A DNA stretch of 64,000 nt, from NCBI GenBank assembly GCA_003345545.1, contig PRDH01000039.1, forward strand, positions 64,001 through 128,000, read 5' to 3'. Below the pieces are notes generated by a model. That model had not been told where the DNA came from and did no database searches. It was given only the letters and a program-made list of their open reading frames with translations. This DNA is from Candidatus Thorarchaeota archaeon (GTDB lineage: Archaea; Asgardarchaeota; Thorarchaeia; Thorarchaeales; Thorarchaeaceae). This document shows positions 18,706 through 28,185 of this stretch, in pieces; position 1 is the stretch's first letter; the number at the start of each line of letters is the position of its first letter. A program made the translations under genes and the position numbers.

Positions 18706-20064
18706 TCATTGAAAGTTTGCATCTTCAATTATGCTGAGTACATTCTTCTCCCAGGACTCTAGACCTGTGGGATTAGATGGATATGTTGCGTATACCCTGC
18801 CCAACTTCTTCATTAGAGAGGAAGCTTTTTGGATCTTAAGAAGAAGCGATATACGTCCCGCTCCTCTCTTCGCCCTCTTCATCTTGTCAACAATCCCGAT
18901 AGAGATCCCGCCACCCTTATTGGCAGCAATGAGGTCATCGGCCTCAAGCAGTCTTCTCTCAAAGCCAAAATCCAAGTCCTCGTCCGTGACGCCCTGCAAC
19001 AGCTTCCTGAAAATCTCAAGAGATGCCAGTCTCTTTCCAAAATCCGGCAAGTATCGTGTATTGTAAGACCATAATCCATTGGCAGACAAATCCCGTTTCG
19101 CAATCGCCTCTCGGGCCACTTCACCGAGGATGATGCCCGCCCTCATGCCTGCACCGATGCCACCACCATGAATTGGATTCACCTGCAGGGCCGCGTCGCC
19201 TACGAAAGCCACGCCATTGCCAACTAGACTTTTCAGTGGTCTTCTGACAGGAACTGCGCCGCCTTTCCCATCAATGACAGTGCTCTTGAAGAGGAGCGGA
19301 TAATTGCTCTTGAATGACTCAAAAAGGGCTTTTGGCGAACCTCTACCACTTCCACCAGTTATTCCCACGCCTGCGTTGACTTCCTGTATTCCCTTGGGAA
19401 ATATCCATGCGTAGCCACGAGGGGCAGTCTGACCACCGAGAAAGACTCGCGCAACCTCCGGTTCAGCCAGAGGAACCTTCAAACTCAGTATCTCTCGATA
19501 ACAGAGCGCCACATCAGCCTTGTCGATGTTATTCTCAATTAAGGGGCCATCCAGTTGATTCCTGATTACTGCTGCAAATCCACTCGCATCGATGACAATC
19601 TTGCTCTTTATCGTGGTCTCCTCCCGAGTGGATGCATCTCGGTAGTGTATCCCTGTAACCTGATCCCCGGCAATAGTGGGCGGTCCGACATGAATATTGG
19701 GGATGAACTTGACACCGGCCTTCACTGCCTCATTAAGCAGTCTCTGGCCGAAAGTCAGTCTGTCAATTGTCCAACCATCGAAGTCTGACCAACCACGGAC
19801 TTTTAGCTCATTCTTCATGCTTGGTGGGTATACGTCTGCACCATCAATCACTGAGGAGATCTCATTGTCATAAGGGCTGTTGATACCTGTGGCCTCAAAA
19901 TGCGACTTACTTATCTCATCGCCACATACTTTCTGTCCGACTTCATTCTGAGGCTTCCTGTCCAAGAGAAGTGTCTGAAGGCCAAGTTCTGCACACCGTC
20001 GAGCTGTAACACAGCCAGCAGTACCTGCCCCAACAACAACAACGTCTAGCCTCTTCAATGTCAA
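18706..20064 (-). CDS. Digeranylgeranylglycerophospholipid reductase (geranylgeranyl reductase family)
   Basis: VVVVGAGTAG, KVCGD, IDASG, PRGYAWIFPKG and GDAA..VNPIHGGGI motifs. Confidence 0.9.
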   Translation of the reverse strand: MTLKRLDVVVVGAGTAGCVTARRCAELGLQTLLLDRKPQNEVGQKVCGDEISKSHFEATGINSPYDNEISSVIDGADVYPPSMKNELKVRGWSDFDGWTIDRLTFGQRLLNEAVKAGVKFIPNIHVGPPTIAGDQVTGIHYRDASTREETTIKSKIVIDASGFAAVIRNQLDGPLIENNIDKADVALCYREILSLKVPLAEPEVARVFLGGQTAPRGYAWIFPKGIQEVNAGVGITGGSGRGSPKALFESFKSNYPLLFKSTVIDGKGGAVPVRRPLKSLVGNGVAFVGDAALQVNPIHGGGIGAGMRAGIILGEVAREAIAKRDLSANGLWSYNTRYLPDFGKRLASLEIFRKLLQGVTDEDLDFGFERRLLEADDLIAANKGGGISIGIVDKMKRAKRGAGRISLLLKIQKASSLMKKLGRVYATYPSNPTGLESWEKNVLSIIEDANFQ

Positions 20065-20189
20065 TCGTGGTCTAGAATCACTCTAGGGATTTAAATACCT
20101 GCATGACACACACGATGTTTTTCCTGTTCAAACGAAACAAAAGGCTCTTGACACAACCATTATTTGCATCAATGAGTGGTCAGGCTCAT

Positions 20190-21506
20190 GTGAGCCAAAT
20201 GCAGAATCTTGTTGTTGTCGGTCTCCAATGGGGGGATGAAGGAAAGGGCAAGATTGTCGATGTCCTCTCGGAAGATTTCGATATAGTTGTTCGCTTTCAA
20301 GGCGGTAGCAATGCTGGCCATACTGTCAAGATTGGCAAGGATGTTTTCAAATTCAGGTTGATGCCCGCGGGAGCAGTGCGTGGCAAGAAGACAGTAATTG
20401 GCAATGGCGTTGTTGTTGATCCCTTCGTTCTAGCACAAGAGATTGACCAATTGAAAAAGGCCGGCTTCAAAATCGACCTCGTTTTGAGTAGTAGAGCTCA
20501 TCTCACAACTCCCTATCAGGTCTTGATTGACGGACTCCAGGAGTTGTCAAGGGGGAGTTCGAAGGTTGGAACGACCAAACGCGGGATTGGTCCCACGTAT
20601 GCAGACAAGATATCAAGGAATGGAATTCGAGGAGCAGATATTGCTACACTTGAGATTTCTGATGAATGGCACATGCTCAAGGAGATATCGGAGTCCAAAA
20701 TTCACCAGCTTTACCATTCAGTGATTGACTCAACAACAAAGGACCAACTGGATGAGTTTTCTCATACATTGAGGAAGATCCTGCCCTATGTAGGCGACAG
20801 CAGCGACTTTCTTAACGACGCCATTGATTCTGGAAAAAGAGTCCTCTTTGAAGGCGCTCAGGGTGCCCTTCTTGATATTGACCATGGCACCTATCCCTTT
20901 GTGACAAGTTCCAACTGTGTGTCCGCCGCTGCTTCGACGGGCACTGGAGTGCCGCCGACCAAATTGGGTTCGATACTCGGTATCGCAAAAGCCTACATGA
21001 CCCGGGTGGGTTCCGGTCCGTTTCCTACCGAACTGGAAGATGAAACGGGGCAGAAGATTCGGGAGAGAGGTGCGGAATTTGGAACAGTCACAGGAAGGCC
21101 GCGAAGATGTGGCTGGCTTGATCTGGTCGCCCTCAGATACAGTGCAAAGCTTAATGGAGTGCGTTATTTGGCAATCACTAAGGCTGATGTTCTCACTGGT
21201 ATCGATCCCTTGAGAGTCTGTGTCGCCTACGAGATTGATGGTACTGAAGTGAAGACCATTCCAGCATCCTCCTCAGTGTTTGCAAGAGCAGTGCCAATCT
21301 ATGAAGAGATGGAAGGCTGGTCGGAGCTGCCTAGGATCACAAGGAGTCCCGATATGTTCAAGCGGCTGCCTGATGCAATGCATCTCTATCTAAGGAAGAT
21401 TGAAGCCTGGACCAAATCCAAGGTTGCAATAGTTTCTTTAGGCCCCGATAGAGCAGAAACCATCGTTGTTCCGAAATCACTCCCGGTGAGCTCTATCCAT
21501 GTCTGA
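20190..21506 (+). CDS. purA: Adenylosuccinate synthetase
   Basis: QWGDEGKGK, GGSNAGHT, GTTKRGIGP, FEGAQG, GTYPFVTSS and GTVTGRPRRCGWLD motifs. Start approximate. Confidence 0.97.
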   Translation: MSQMQNLVVVGLQWGDEGKGKIVDVLSEDFDIVVRFQGGSNAGHTVKIGKDVFKFRLMPAGAVRGKKTVIGNGVVVDPFVLAQEIDQLKKAGFKIDLVLSSRAHLTTPYQVLIDGLQELSRGSSKVGTTKRGIGPTYADKISRNGIRGADIATLEISDEWHMLKEISESKIHQLYHSVIDSTTKDQLDEFSHTLRKILPYVGDSSDFLNDAIDSGKRVLFEGAQGALLDIDHGTYPFVTSSNCVSAAASTGTGVPPTKLGSILGIAKAYMTRVGSGPFPTELEDETGQKIRERGAEFGTVTGRPRRCGWLDLVALRYSAKLNGVRYLAITKADVLTGIDPLRVCVAYEIDGTEVKTIPASSSVFARAVPIYEEMEGWSELPRITRSPDMFKRLPDAMHLYLRKIEAWTKSKVAIVSLGPDRAETIVVPKSLPVSSIHV

Positions 21507-22059
21507 ACTCTATCATAACAATCGACGCAACGATAATGAGAACGGCGACTGCCAGAAGAGGTGGCACCCAGGTCAGAAAGCGTCCAAATAGCTGCAGAAG
21601 CGTCGACGGTTCCAGACCGATGACTGCCAAGTATCCCCATACGACGAGGCCTCCGTAGATAGCAAAGATAGGAAAGAGAATCGGCCCACCACTTATGACC
21701 AAGAATAGTATCAGGACTGCAAGCTTGCTCTTCGTCGGATCCAAGAGGGGCAATGGAATAGACTCGTTGTCGTTGAACTTGAAGTAGTACCAGATTAGGA
21801 GTGTTGGAAAACGAGCCTTGATGATCTCTAAGACCTGAGTTCCGAGTTGTATTGATAGCAGGAGGCCTGTGTGAACTAGCATATAGCCCAGAACCAGGAC
21901 GTTCAGGATGGGCAGCGGATTTGATGGGTCAAAAAACAACTGCAGGCTCTGAATGATACCAACAAGAACTGAGAAATTCACAATAAGCAGTAAGATGTGG
22001 CCAATAGCGCCTTTGAAGATAGGCTGCCAAGTCGCCATCGCGATCCATCCAGAGGTCAC
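21493..22059 (-). CDS. Hypothetical multi-pass membrane protein
   Basis: 4-5 hydrophobic helices; abuts the stop codon of the Rab-like gene. Confidence 0.7.
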   Translation of the reverse strand: MTSGWIAMATWQPIFKGAIGHILLLIVNFSVLVGIIQSLQLFFDPSNPLPILNVLVLGYMLVHTGLLLSIQLGTQVLEIIKARFPTLLIWYYFKFNDNESIPLPLLDPTKSKLAVLILFLVISGGPILFPIFAIYGGLVVWGYLAVIGLEPSTLLQLFGRFLTWVPPLLAVAVLIIVASIVMIEFRHG

Positions 22060-22686
22060 TCATACCCCAAGCTTAAACGGCTTTTGGGACTGCATCCCAG
22101 TAGATGTTGGGTCCAATGGGCCAAGCTCATGCTGTTTTGCGATGGCTCTCGTGACTAGGTCGGTAAAAAGCGTATCGACGTTTTCTCCAGTCTTAGCACT
22201 TGTCTGGTAGTGGAGAACATCAAGCCAGTCTTCCACCATACTCCCAGCTTCTGGTGGGACTAAACGATCTGGCCTATCAATCTTATTGGCGACAACGGCA
22301 ACGACTGCATTCGGGCAGACTGTGATTAGTTTTGTGTACCATTCGCCTATGTCCAGAAATGTCTGTGGTCGAGTAACGTCATACACAATGATAGCCATTG
22401 ATGCTCCTGCCATATACCTGCGGCGGAGTTCATTGTAGGTTGGTTGCCCTGCAAGATCCCAGAGGACAACACGTGCTGTCACTCTGCTTCCGGTGGGTAG
22501 GTCAACTTCAAGGGTCTTGAGTGCGAAGGTTGTGCCAATTGTAGCAATGTATCGCTCACTGAAGCTTCCTTCGGTGTATCTGCGGATGCAGCTGGTTTTG
22601 CCTACTGCTCCATCACCTAGAGCAACCAGCTTGAACATATGCGAGATACTCTCTGTTGACAATTCAGACTCTATCCTATTACTCAC
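22060..22686 (-). CDS. Rab-like small GTPase
   Basis: G1 GDGAVGKT, G2 TIG, G3 WDLAGQ, G4 NKID, G5 TSAK; no C-terminal Cys. Confidence 0.93.
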   Translation of the reverse strand: MSNRIESELSTESISHMFKLVALGDGAVGKTSCIRRYTEGSFSERYIATIGTTFALKTLEVDLPTGSRVTARVVLWDLAGQPTYNELRRRYMAGASMAIIVYDVTRPQTFLDIGEWYTKLITVCPNAVVAVVANKIDRPDRLVPPEAGSMVEDWLDVLHYQTSAKTGENVDTLFTDLVTRAIAKQHELGPLDPTSTGMQSQKPFKLGV

Positions 22687-22856
22687 TCTGCGGGTGAAGT
22701 TCCAGTCTTAGGCATTTAACTATTCTCGGAATGTATGCCAGCCATATGGAGGACGCTCGAGCAGCGAAATTTGCTGCTTTTTTGAGGTATTTATCACCAT
22801 AAGGATTAAGTCAATGCTTTCCCCAGAGTTGTTGTAACTCAAACTGGTGATACTCT

Positions 22857-23561
22857 ATGGCAGAGCAATTCCTGAACCGATTGAACAAGATGGATGAGAG
22901 CATCCACCAACTTGGAGAGACCCTAAAGCGAATGATTACCATTCTTGGTACAGTAACTGAGATTAAATCTGAAGTGCGCGCAGCAAAGGAAGATATTATT
23001 CGAGCGTTGGCAAGCAAGCCTGCTGCCGCGCCTATAGAACATGATCATACCGATGAGCTAGCAAAAATGGTTGTTCAGGAAGTTGGAGATGTTAGGGTCT
23101 TTGTGCAGCAATCCATGGAATCACTGAAGAATGATATGGTTGAGTTACTTCAAGTGATGATTGCTAATGTAGAGAGAGTGCAAATAACCGCTCCTTCTGC
23201 GCCATCGAAGCCATCTGCGTCAGCAGCTCCTCGACGCGCACCCGCGCCTGAGTATGTGGAAAGTGAGGATCAAGTTTCATCTTCGCTCCCTGCTGACCGA
23301 TCTATGAAGATTGGGGAGGAACTGACCGGAATACTGAGTTCATTGAAGATGGGCTGTGTTTCAGGAGACGTATTGGATGCGATGGCCTTAGCAAAGGATT
23401 CTATCATGAGTACAGTTCCAAGCGACCCGATCATGGTCAAAATTGACAAGTGGATTGGGCTTGTTAGCAACTACCCAAGGCGAAATGAATTGCAGGCACG
23501 AGACCTAGTCAAGCTGAAGAAAGAACTGAAAGAGGAGATTCAGAGATACAGTCTTGCTTAG
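22857..23561 (+). CDS. Hypothetical coiled-coil protein with Pro/Ala/Ser linker and C-terminal helical domain
   Basis: Heptad-rich N-terminal half, APSAPSKPSASAAP linker, GGTGA SD. Confidence 0.7.
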   Translation: MAEQFLNRLNKMDESIHQLGETLKRMITILGTVTEIKSEVRAAKEDIIRALASKPAAAPIEHDHTDELAKMVVQEVGDVRVFVQQSMESLKNDMVELLQVMIANVERVQITAPSAPSKPSASAAPRRAPAPEYVESEDQVSSSLPADRSMKIGEELTGILSSLKMGCVSGDVLDAMALAKDSIMSTVPSDPIMVKIDKWIGLVSNYPRRNELQARDLVKLKKELKEEIQRYSLA

Positions 23562-23983
23562 TCTTCCTCATCCGCTTGTGGTGCTCCGTCGGCAATCATC
23601 TTCATTGTGGCCAATACTCGAATCACATCTGTCGCTGTGACAACTCCGATGATATCATTGCCTTCAATCACTGGTATATGTAGTCTATTCGCTTGATTCA
23701 TCAGTGCGATTACCTGTCCGAGGTCTGCCTCCGGGCCAATTGTCACTACTGGAGTAGTCATGATGTCCTCTAACGTCAGAGATTTGTACAATTCCGGTGA
23801 CAGAAGCTGTGCAGCAATAATCTCCTTTCTCGTCACAAGTCCTGCCATGACATCTGAGCTTGTCACAATGAGACTGCCGACATCTTCAGCAGCCATCAGT
23901 TTTGCAGCATTGACAAGAGGTGTATCCGCCTCAGCAGTCAGAATCAGAGATGTCATGAAATCTCTCACCGTGAGCTGAGCCAT
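23558..23983 (-). CDS. CBS domain pair protein
   Basis: TVRDFMT...VGSLIV...GLVT; DIMTTPVVTI...HIPV...IIGVVT. Confidence 0.92.
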   Translation of the reverse strand: MAQLTVRDFMTSLILTAEADTPLVNAAKLMAAEDVGSLIVTSSDVMAGLVTRKEIIAAQLLSPELYKSLTLEDIMTTPVVTIGPEADLGQVIALMNQANRLHIPVIEGNDIIGVVTATDVIRVLATMKMIADGAPQADEED

Positions 23984-23999
23984 TCTTCCACACTCCATA

Positions 24000-24608
24000 C
24001 TACGTTAGAGGGTTCTTGCTACCCTTCAGTGCATTAAGAAGAAGCTTTTCGGCGCACTTTGAAAACACATCAGCGACTGCTGTGCCGGTCTTGGCAGATG
24101 TTTCGTAATACTCTGCTTGGAACCAACTTCGCAGCATCAAACCTGGTTCTTGAGGAACCATCCGTTTGTCGGTCAAGTCTATCTTGTTCGCACAGATTAA
24201 GACTGGCGCTTCCGGGCATACTTCACGGAAGGATTCAAACCAGTTGTTCATAGCCATGAAGGTTTCTGGTTTTGTCACGTCATATACGATTATGGCGGCT
24301 GATGCCCCCTTCATGTACTGACGTCTCAATTCCCGGTATGTAGATTGGCCACCCATATCCCAGATGCTCAAACGGACCTGTCTGACATTCCCTTGAGTGT
24401 CTCTTGTTTCAACATCCTTCGTGGCGAATGTAGTTCCAATTGTCTGTTTGTACTCCTCGTTGAATATGTTCTCGGTGTATCGCCTCAGTAGCGAAGTTTT
24501 TCCCACCATGGCTTCTCCCAGTAGAACAATTCGGAACTTGTACCCCTGAAAGCCGTCCGCGGCATCAGGGTCTTGTATAGAGTTCGTTCTTTCTATTCTC
24601 TGAGCCAT
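24000..24608 (-). CDS. Rab-like small GTPase
   Basis: GEAMVGKT, TIG, WDMGGQ, NKID and ETSAK motifs. Confidence 0.93.
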   Translation of the reverse strand: MAQRIERTNSIQDPDAADGFQGYKFRIVLLGEAMVGKTSLLRRYTENIFNEEYKQTIGTTFATKDVETRDTQGNVRQVRLSIWDMGGQSTYRELRRQYMKGASAAIIVYDVTKPETFMAMNNWFESFREVCPEAPVLICANKIDLTDKRMVPQEPGLMLRSWFQAEYYETSAKTGTAVADVFSKCAEKLLLNALKGSKNPLT

Positions 24609-24713
24609 TTGGGAGAACTCCAATCAGTAATCAGAACTATCTGTAGGGTGTCATCCCTGTCCGCCACTTATATGTTTTCTGCGGAGAGCTCTCCTAGCTT
24701 CGCCAGAATATCA

Positions 24714-26381
24714 TCATGTCCCGTTCAAGCTACTAGGGAGGAATAGTTCGAAAGCAACTACCGGATAGCCTAGACCGAAGTTGTTGAGTATCTCAGGTGA
24801 TATCTCTCCAAAGAACCCACTGAGTCTGCCTCTGACCTTGATACTTGCGGATCTGCCCTGGATGAAGTCAGAGCATGCAGATGCTTCGAACTCGAACTGA
24901 TTGTCAAGTCCCAGGTTCCTGAGCAGGAATCCGATTTCTGTCATAAGACTTGTGACGTTGACTTTGGCATCAGTCACTAGACCGCATACCGATGGTAGTT
25001 GGTCTACGCAGGTTTCCTTGGATTCATCAGGGATTATGATGTCGCCAACTTCGAAGATCCTCTGCGGGTAGTCTGCATGCTCGTTCTTCGAGGCAAAATC
25101 AAGAAGAACAGGCAGGAGAGAGTTCCTGAGCACGGAGTAGCTTCTGCTCTTGGGATTGCTCGTAGTCACAACCGGCCTGCTGCGACCCATGCGTTCATTC
25201 AATACCTCAGTTGACGTCATTATGTAGTTCATGACCTCAAGATACTTCATACCGACCATGAGATCTCTGACCTTATTCTTGAGTCTGGTGACTGGATTTA
25301 CACTACCCGTGGTCATCGTCTGTGGCATTGCAGGTTGTATCTTATCGAACCCGAATCCGATGGCGATGTCCTCCATGATATCAACAGGATGAAGAATGTC
25401 CATCCTGTATTTCGGAATCTGCACACGAACCTTCTCTCCTTTGGCCAATCTTGCGCCATATCCCATCCTTTCAAGAGCTCTGGTTATCCTATCGCCATCG
25501 AGATCGAGGCCCAGTAGCTTATTGACATCCTCAATACTGATTGTCATCTGTTCAGGACTGAAATCGGGAGTTTCCTCGACTGTGTCATCTGGATAGGTGA
25601 TAGTCACTGATTCAATCTGTGCTCCCCGTTCAGCTAGCGACGCAGTGATTATGTTCAACGCCTGTTGCACTGTCAAAAGATGCGTTCCTGTGACTTCCAC
25701 AAAGAGATTCTTTGTTTCAGTTGTTATACGTCCAAGGTCATTACTATTGATTATCGGTGGAAGACTCAACACTTGCCCTTTCGAATCATAGAGGAGCGGC
25801 CATCTTTTGTGAGCTTCGATGATTGCTCCGAACTCGACTCCCTTCTCATGATGAGCCAAGATTCCTGGCCCGTCCATTTCCGCTTCATATCCCAGCGGTA
25901 CGAACCTTATCTTCTCAGGCTTTTCCGTTCCGTAGATTATCGGAAATTCCAGTTCATCATAGACGTAGAGACCTATGCTTGCCTTTTTCCTGTTCCTTCC
26001 GTGCGTCGAAGTAAGTGCTTCCTGAAGGTGCATATACTCCTTGATCAGTTCATCGTCAGCTCTTACGCCCTTGAGTATTGAGCAGCAAATGAACGGCCTA
26101 ATCTTGTTGAGACCTGGTTGAACGATTATTTGCTTTCCCGATTTCTTCACATTGTACTTCTTGAGTCCTGGCTCTATATCTAGAAATGATCTGACAGCAC
26201 GTGCTATACCCTCAGTAGAAAGCATGTCTTGACGGTCTGGATTGACCTCTATCTCAACGACATTCCCCTCGATTCTCTCAACTTCAGCCTTCAAGAGGAA
26301 TAAGGATTCCTCGAGTTGCTCCAGAGTGAGTTTCTCACCAATAAGTGACAAGAGATCATTGATTCTACATTCTACTATCAT
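24714..26381 (-). CDS. pheT: Phenylalanine-tRNA ligase beta subunit (archaeal type)
   Basis: PDRQDMLSTEGIAR, GRNRKKASIG, LSLPPIINS, RMDILHPVDIMEDIAIGFG and PQRIFEVG motifs. Confidence 0.96.
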   Translation of the reverse strand: MIVECRINDLLSLIGEKLTLEQLEESLFLLKAEVERIEGNVVEIEVNPDRQDMLSTEGIARAVRSFLDIEPGLKKYNVKKSGKQIIVQPGLNKIRPFICCSILKGVRADDELIKEYMHLQEALTSTHGRNRKKASIGLYVYDELEFPIIYGTEKPEKIRFVPLGYEAEMDGPGILAHHEKGVEFGAIIEAHKRWPLLYDSKGQVLSLPPIINSNDLGRITTETKNLFVEVTGTHLLTVQQALNIITASLAERGAQIESVTITYPDDTVEETPDFSPEQMTISIEDVNKLLGLDLDGDRITRALERMGYGARLAKGEKVRVQIPKYRMDILHPVDIMEDIAIGFGFDKIQPAMPQTMTTGSVNPVTRLKNKVRDLMVGMKYLEVMNYIMTSTEVLNERMGRSRPVVTTSNPKSRSYSVLRNSLLPVLLDFASKNEHADYPQRIFEVGDIIIPDESKETCVDQLPSVCGLVTDAKVNVTSLMTEIGFLLRNLGLDNQFEFEASACSDFIQGRSASIKVRGRLSGFFGEISPEILNNFGLGYPVVAFELFLPSSLNGT

Positions 26382-26389
26382 GCTATCAC

Positions 26390-27898
26390 CTACCTTACGA
26401 AATAACTCCTTCTAAGCCAATTGAGGTCCTGTGAAAAAAGGTCCCTGATGTCATTGATGCCCATCGCTGCCATGTAGAGTCTTCCTGCTCCTATTCCCCA
26501 TGCAAGAACAGAGTCCCTAATCCCTAGAGGCTGCGTGACTTCGGGTCTGAAAATGCCTGATCCTCCAAGCTCTATCCATCCCAGTTTGTCATGTTTTCCA
26601 AAGGTTTCGACACTGGGTTCTGTGAAGGGAAACTGGCCCGGTTTGAACTTCAGCTTCTCAATGCCTACTGCCTTGCATATCGCCGTGAGATAACCAAGTA
26701 AGTTTCTCAGAGTCAATCCTTTGTCCATGATTATACCCTCGCATTGGTCAAACTCATGAGCATGTGTCACGCTGAGTGATTCCGATCTGAAGTTACGATC
26801 AACTATGAACATCTTTTGAGGGCTCTCTCGATGTTGGTACAGAAATCTCATTGATACCGGTGTGGTGTGAGGACGCAGACAGAGTCTTGTTGCGACTTCC
26901 TTATGGTATGGCCAATCCCATCCCTTTGACCCTGTTCCACCGCCATTCTCATGAACGTTCTTCACAGCTTCGTAGTACTTCTTATCGATAATGTGGCCAT
27001 GGTCGTACGGAGCTGCGACTCTGAATTGATCCTGTACATCGCGAGCTACATGGTCTTGCGGGACGAAGAGAGCATCATGACCCCAGAATTCAGTTTCAAC
27101 ATAAGGACCGAACCATTCTGTGAAACCCAGTCCCACCATAATCTCCCTTAGCCAATCATTGAACTCTGCATATGGATGTTTTTTCCCGTAATTGACATAC
27201 TCTGGCTGAATGCCAACATTGTAGGGTCTGAACTTCCTTCCCTTCCAAGCACCACTAGAAAGCATCTCCGGTGTGAGGTTTCCAATGTCTTCAGTTAAAT
27301 CTGCAAGAATATCCTCCGCATGGACCAAGTAGTTTCTAGATAACTCCGCTTCAATGATTTTTGTGATGACTTCACTGACTAGCTTTCTCTCAAGCAGCTG
27401 CTGAAGAGCTGGATCATCATTCTGAATGCTTGCACCATTCCCTTTGGCAATTGATTCAAGTGCTGCTGCGACTGGCGATTTGGAATAATCTCCAATAGTA
27501 GATAGAATCGTTGTATCCCCTTGTTTTGAAGCGTGAGCCCATTCATTGCGTACTGCCCAGGCCATTGCGATGCCTTTTGTTCTGGGTGATATGCCAGATT
27601 TTGTCAATACAACTTCAAACGGAGCTGTTCTTCCCGATTCCTCTAAAGCCTTCACCAACCGGATTTCCGGAAGCCCGTCTCTTGCATATTCCTTGCCTTC
27701 ATCTGTGAGGGCATACGATATCTTTTCGCGAGTCTCTAGTTTCACGATTCCTCGTACAGCAAGAGCATTAAGAATGGAGATGACTCTCTCAGTGTTTTGT
27801 TCTGTGATTTTGGCTATCTCGTCTGCTGAAGATTTTCTTCGTAATTCGACCAGACCCTTGAGAATCGTCTTCTCTCCTGTCGTCAGCTGCTCACTCAT
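26390..27898 (-). CDS. pheS: Phenylalanine-tRNA ligase alpha subunit (archaeal type)
   Basis: GKKHP, DALFVPQDHVARD, LRPHTT, NFRSE, FPFTEPS, GSGIFRPE and AWG motifs. Confidence 0.96.
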   Translation of the reverse strand: MSEQLTTGEKTILKGLVELRRKSSADEIAKITEQNTERVISILNALAVRGIVKLETREKISYALTDEGKEYARDGLPEIRLVKALEESGRTAPFEVVLTKSGISPRTKGIAMAWAVRNEWAHASKQGDTTILSTIGDYSKSPVAAALESIAKGNGASIQNDDPALQQLLERKLVSEVITKIIEAELSRNYLVHAEDILADLTEDIGNLTPEMLSSGAWKGRKFRPYNVGIQPEYVNYGKKHPYAEFNDWLREIMVGLGFTEWFGPYVETEFWGHDALFVPQDHVARDVQDQFRVAAPYDHGHIIDKKYYEAVKNVHENGGGTGSKGWDWPYHKEVATRLCLRPHTTPVSMRFLYQHRESPQKMFIVDRNFRSESLSVTHAHEFDQCEGIIMDKGLTLRNLLGYLTAICKAVGIEKLKFKPGQFPFTEPSVETFGKHDKLGWIELGGSGIFRPEVTQPLGIRDSVLAWGIGAGRLYMAAMGINDIRDLFSQDLNWLRRSYFVR

Positions 27899-27925
27899 TG
27901 ATACGCAAAACTCCTGAGTTCAGTA

Positions 27926-28024
27926 CTAGGGACCGATAGACCGCACACACAATAGAATGATGATTGAGGGCTCCTTTCAGTGGAGCATCGTAAATTGGCG
28001 GTTATCCATCCGTCCTTCACCTAG
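27926..28024 (-). promoter_or_regulatory. Candidate structured 5' leader of pheS-pheT
   Basis: On the minus strand, CUAG..GGAC.GAUGGA..ACCGC pairs with GCGGU.CUAUC.GUCC.CUAG and encloses GCUCC-ACUGAAA-GGAGC. A TTAAAAA box lies ~25 nt upstream. Confidence 0.4.
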
Positions 28025-28074
28025 TCTACTTGACCTATTGGCTCCTCCTTTTTAATCTGTCGTCTCTCTTCGTC

Positions 28075-28122
28075 TGACGCATGACGCAACGTTAAAATAG
28101 CGTCACTAGTGCGCGTCACTAG
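28075..28122. promoter_or_regulatory. Four TGACGC/GCGTCA boxes around the TATA-like GTTAAAATA of prf1
   Basis: TGACGC at 28075 and 28082; GCGTCACTAG at 28100 and 28113. Confidence 0.45.
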
Positions 28123-28185
28123 GCGCAATTTGCCACCTGAGTTTTTTGGGAAATAGGCAATAATGAGCAGTTGAAGGAGAAGAAC

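Noticed and set aside
27957-27963. C-box (ATGATGA) of a C/D sRNA
   Set aside because: No CTGA D box at the expected 45-60 nt distance; the nearest is more than 110 nt away.
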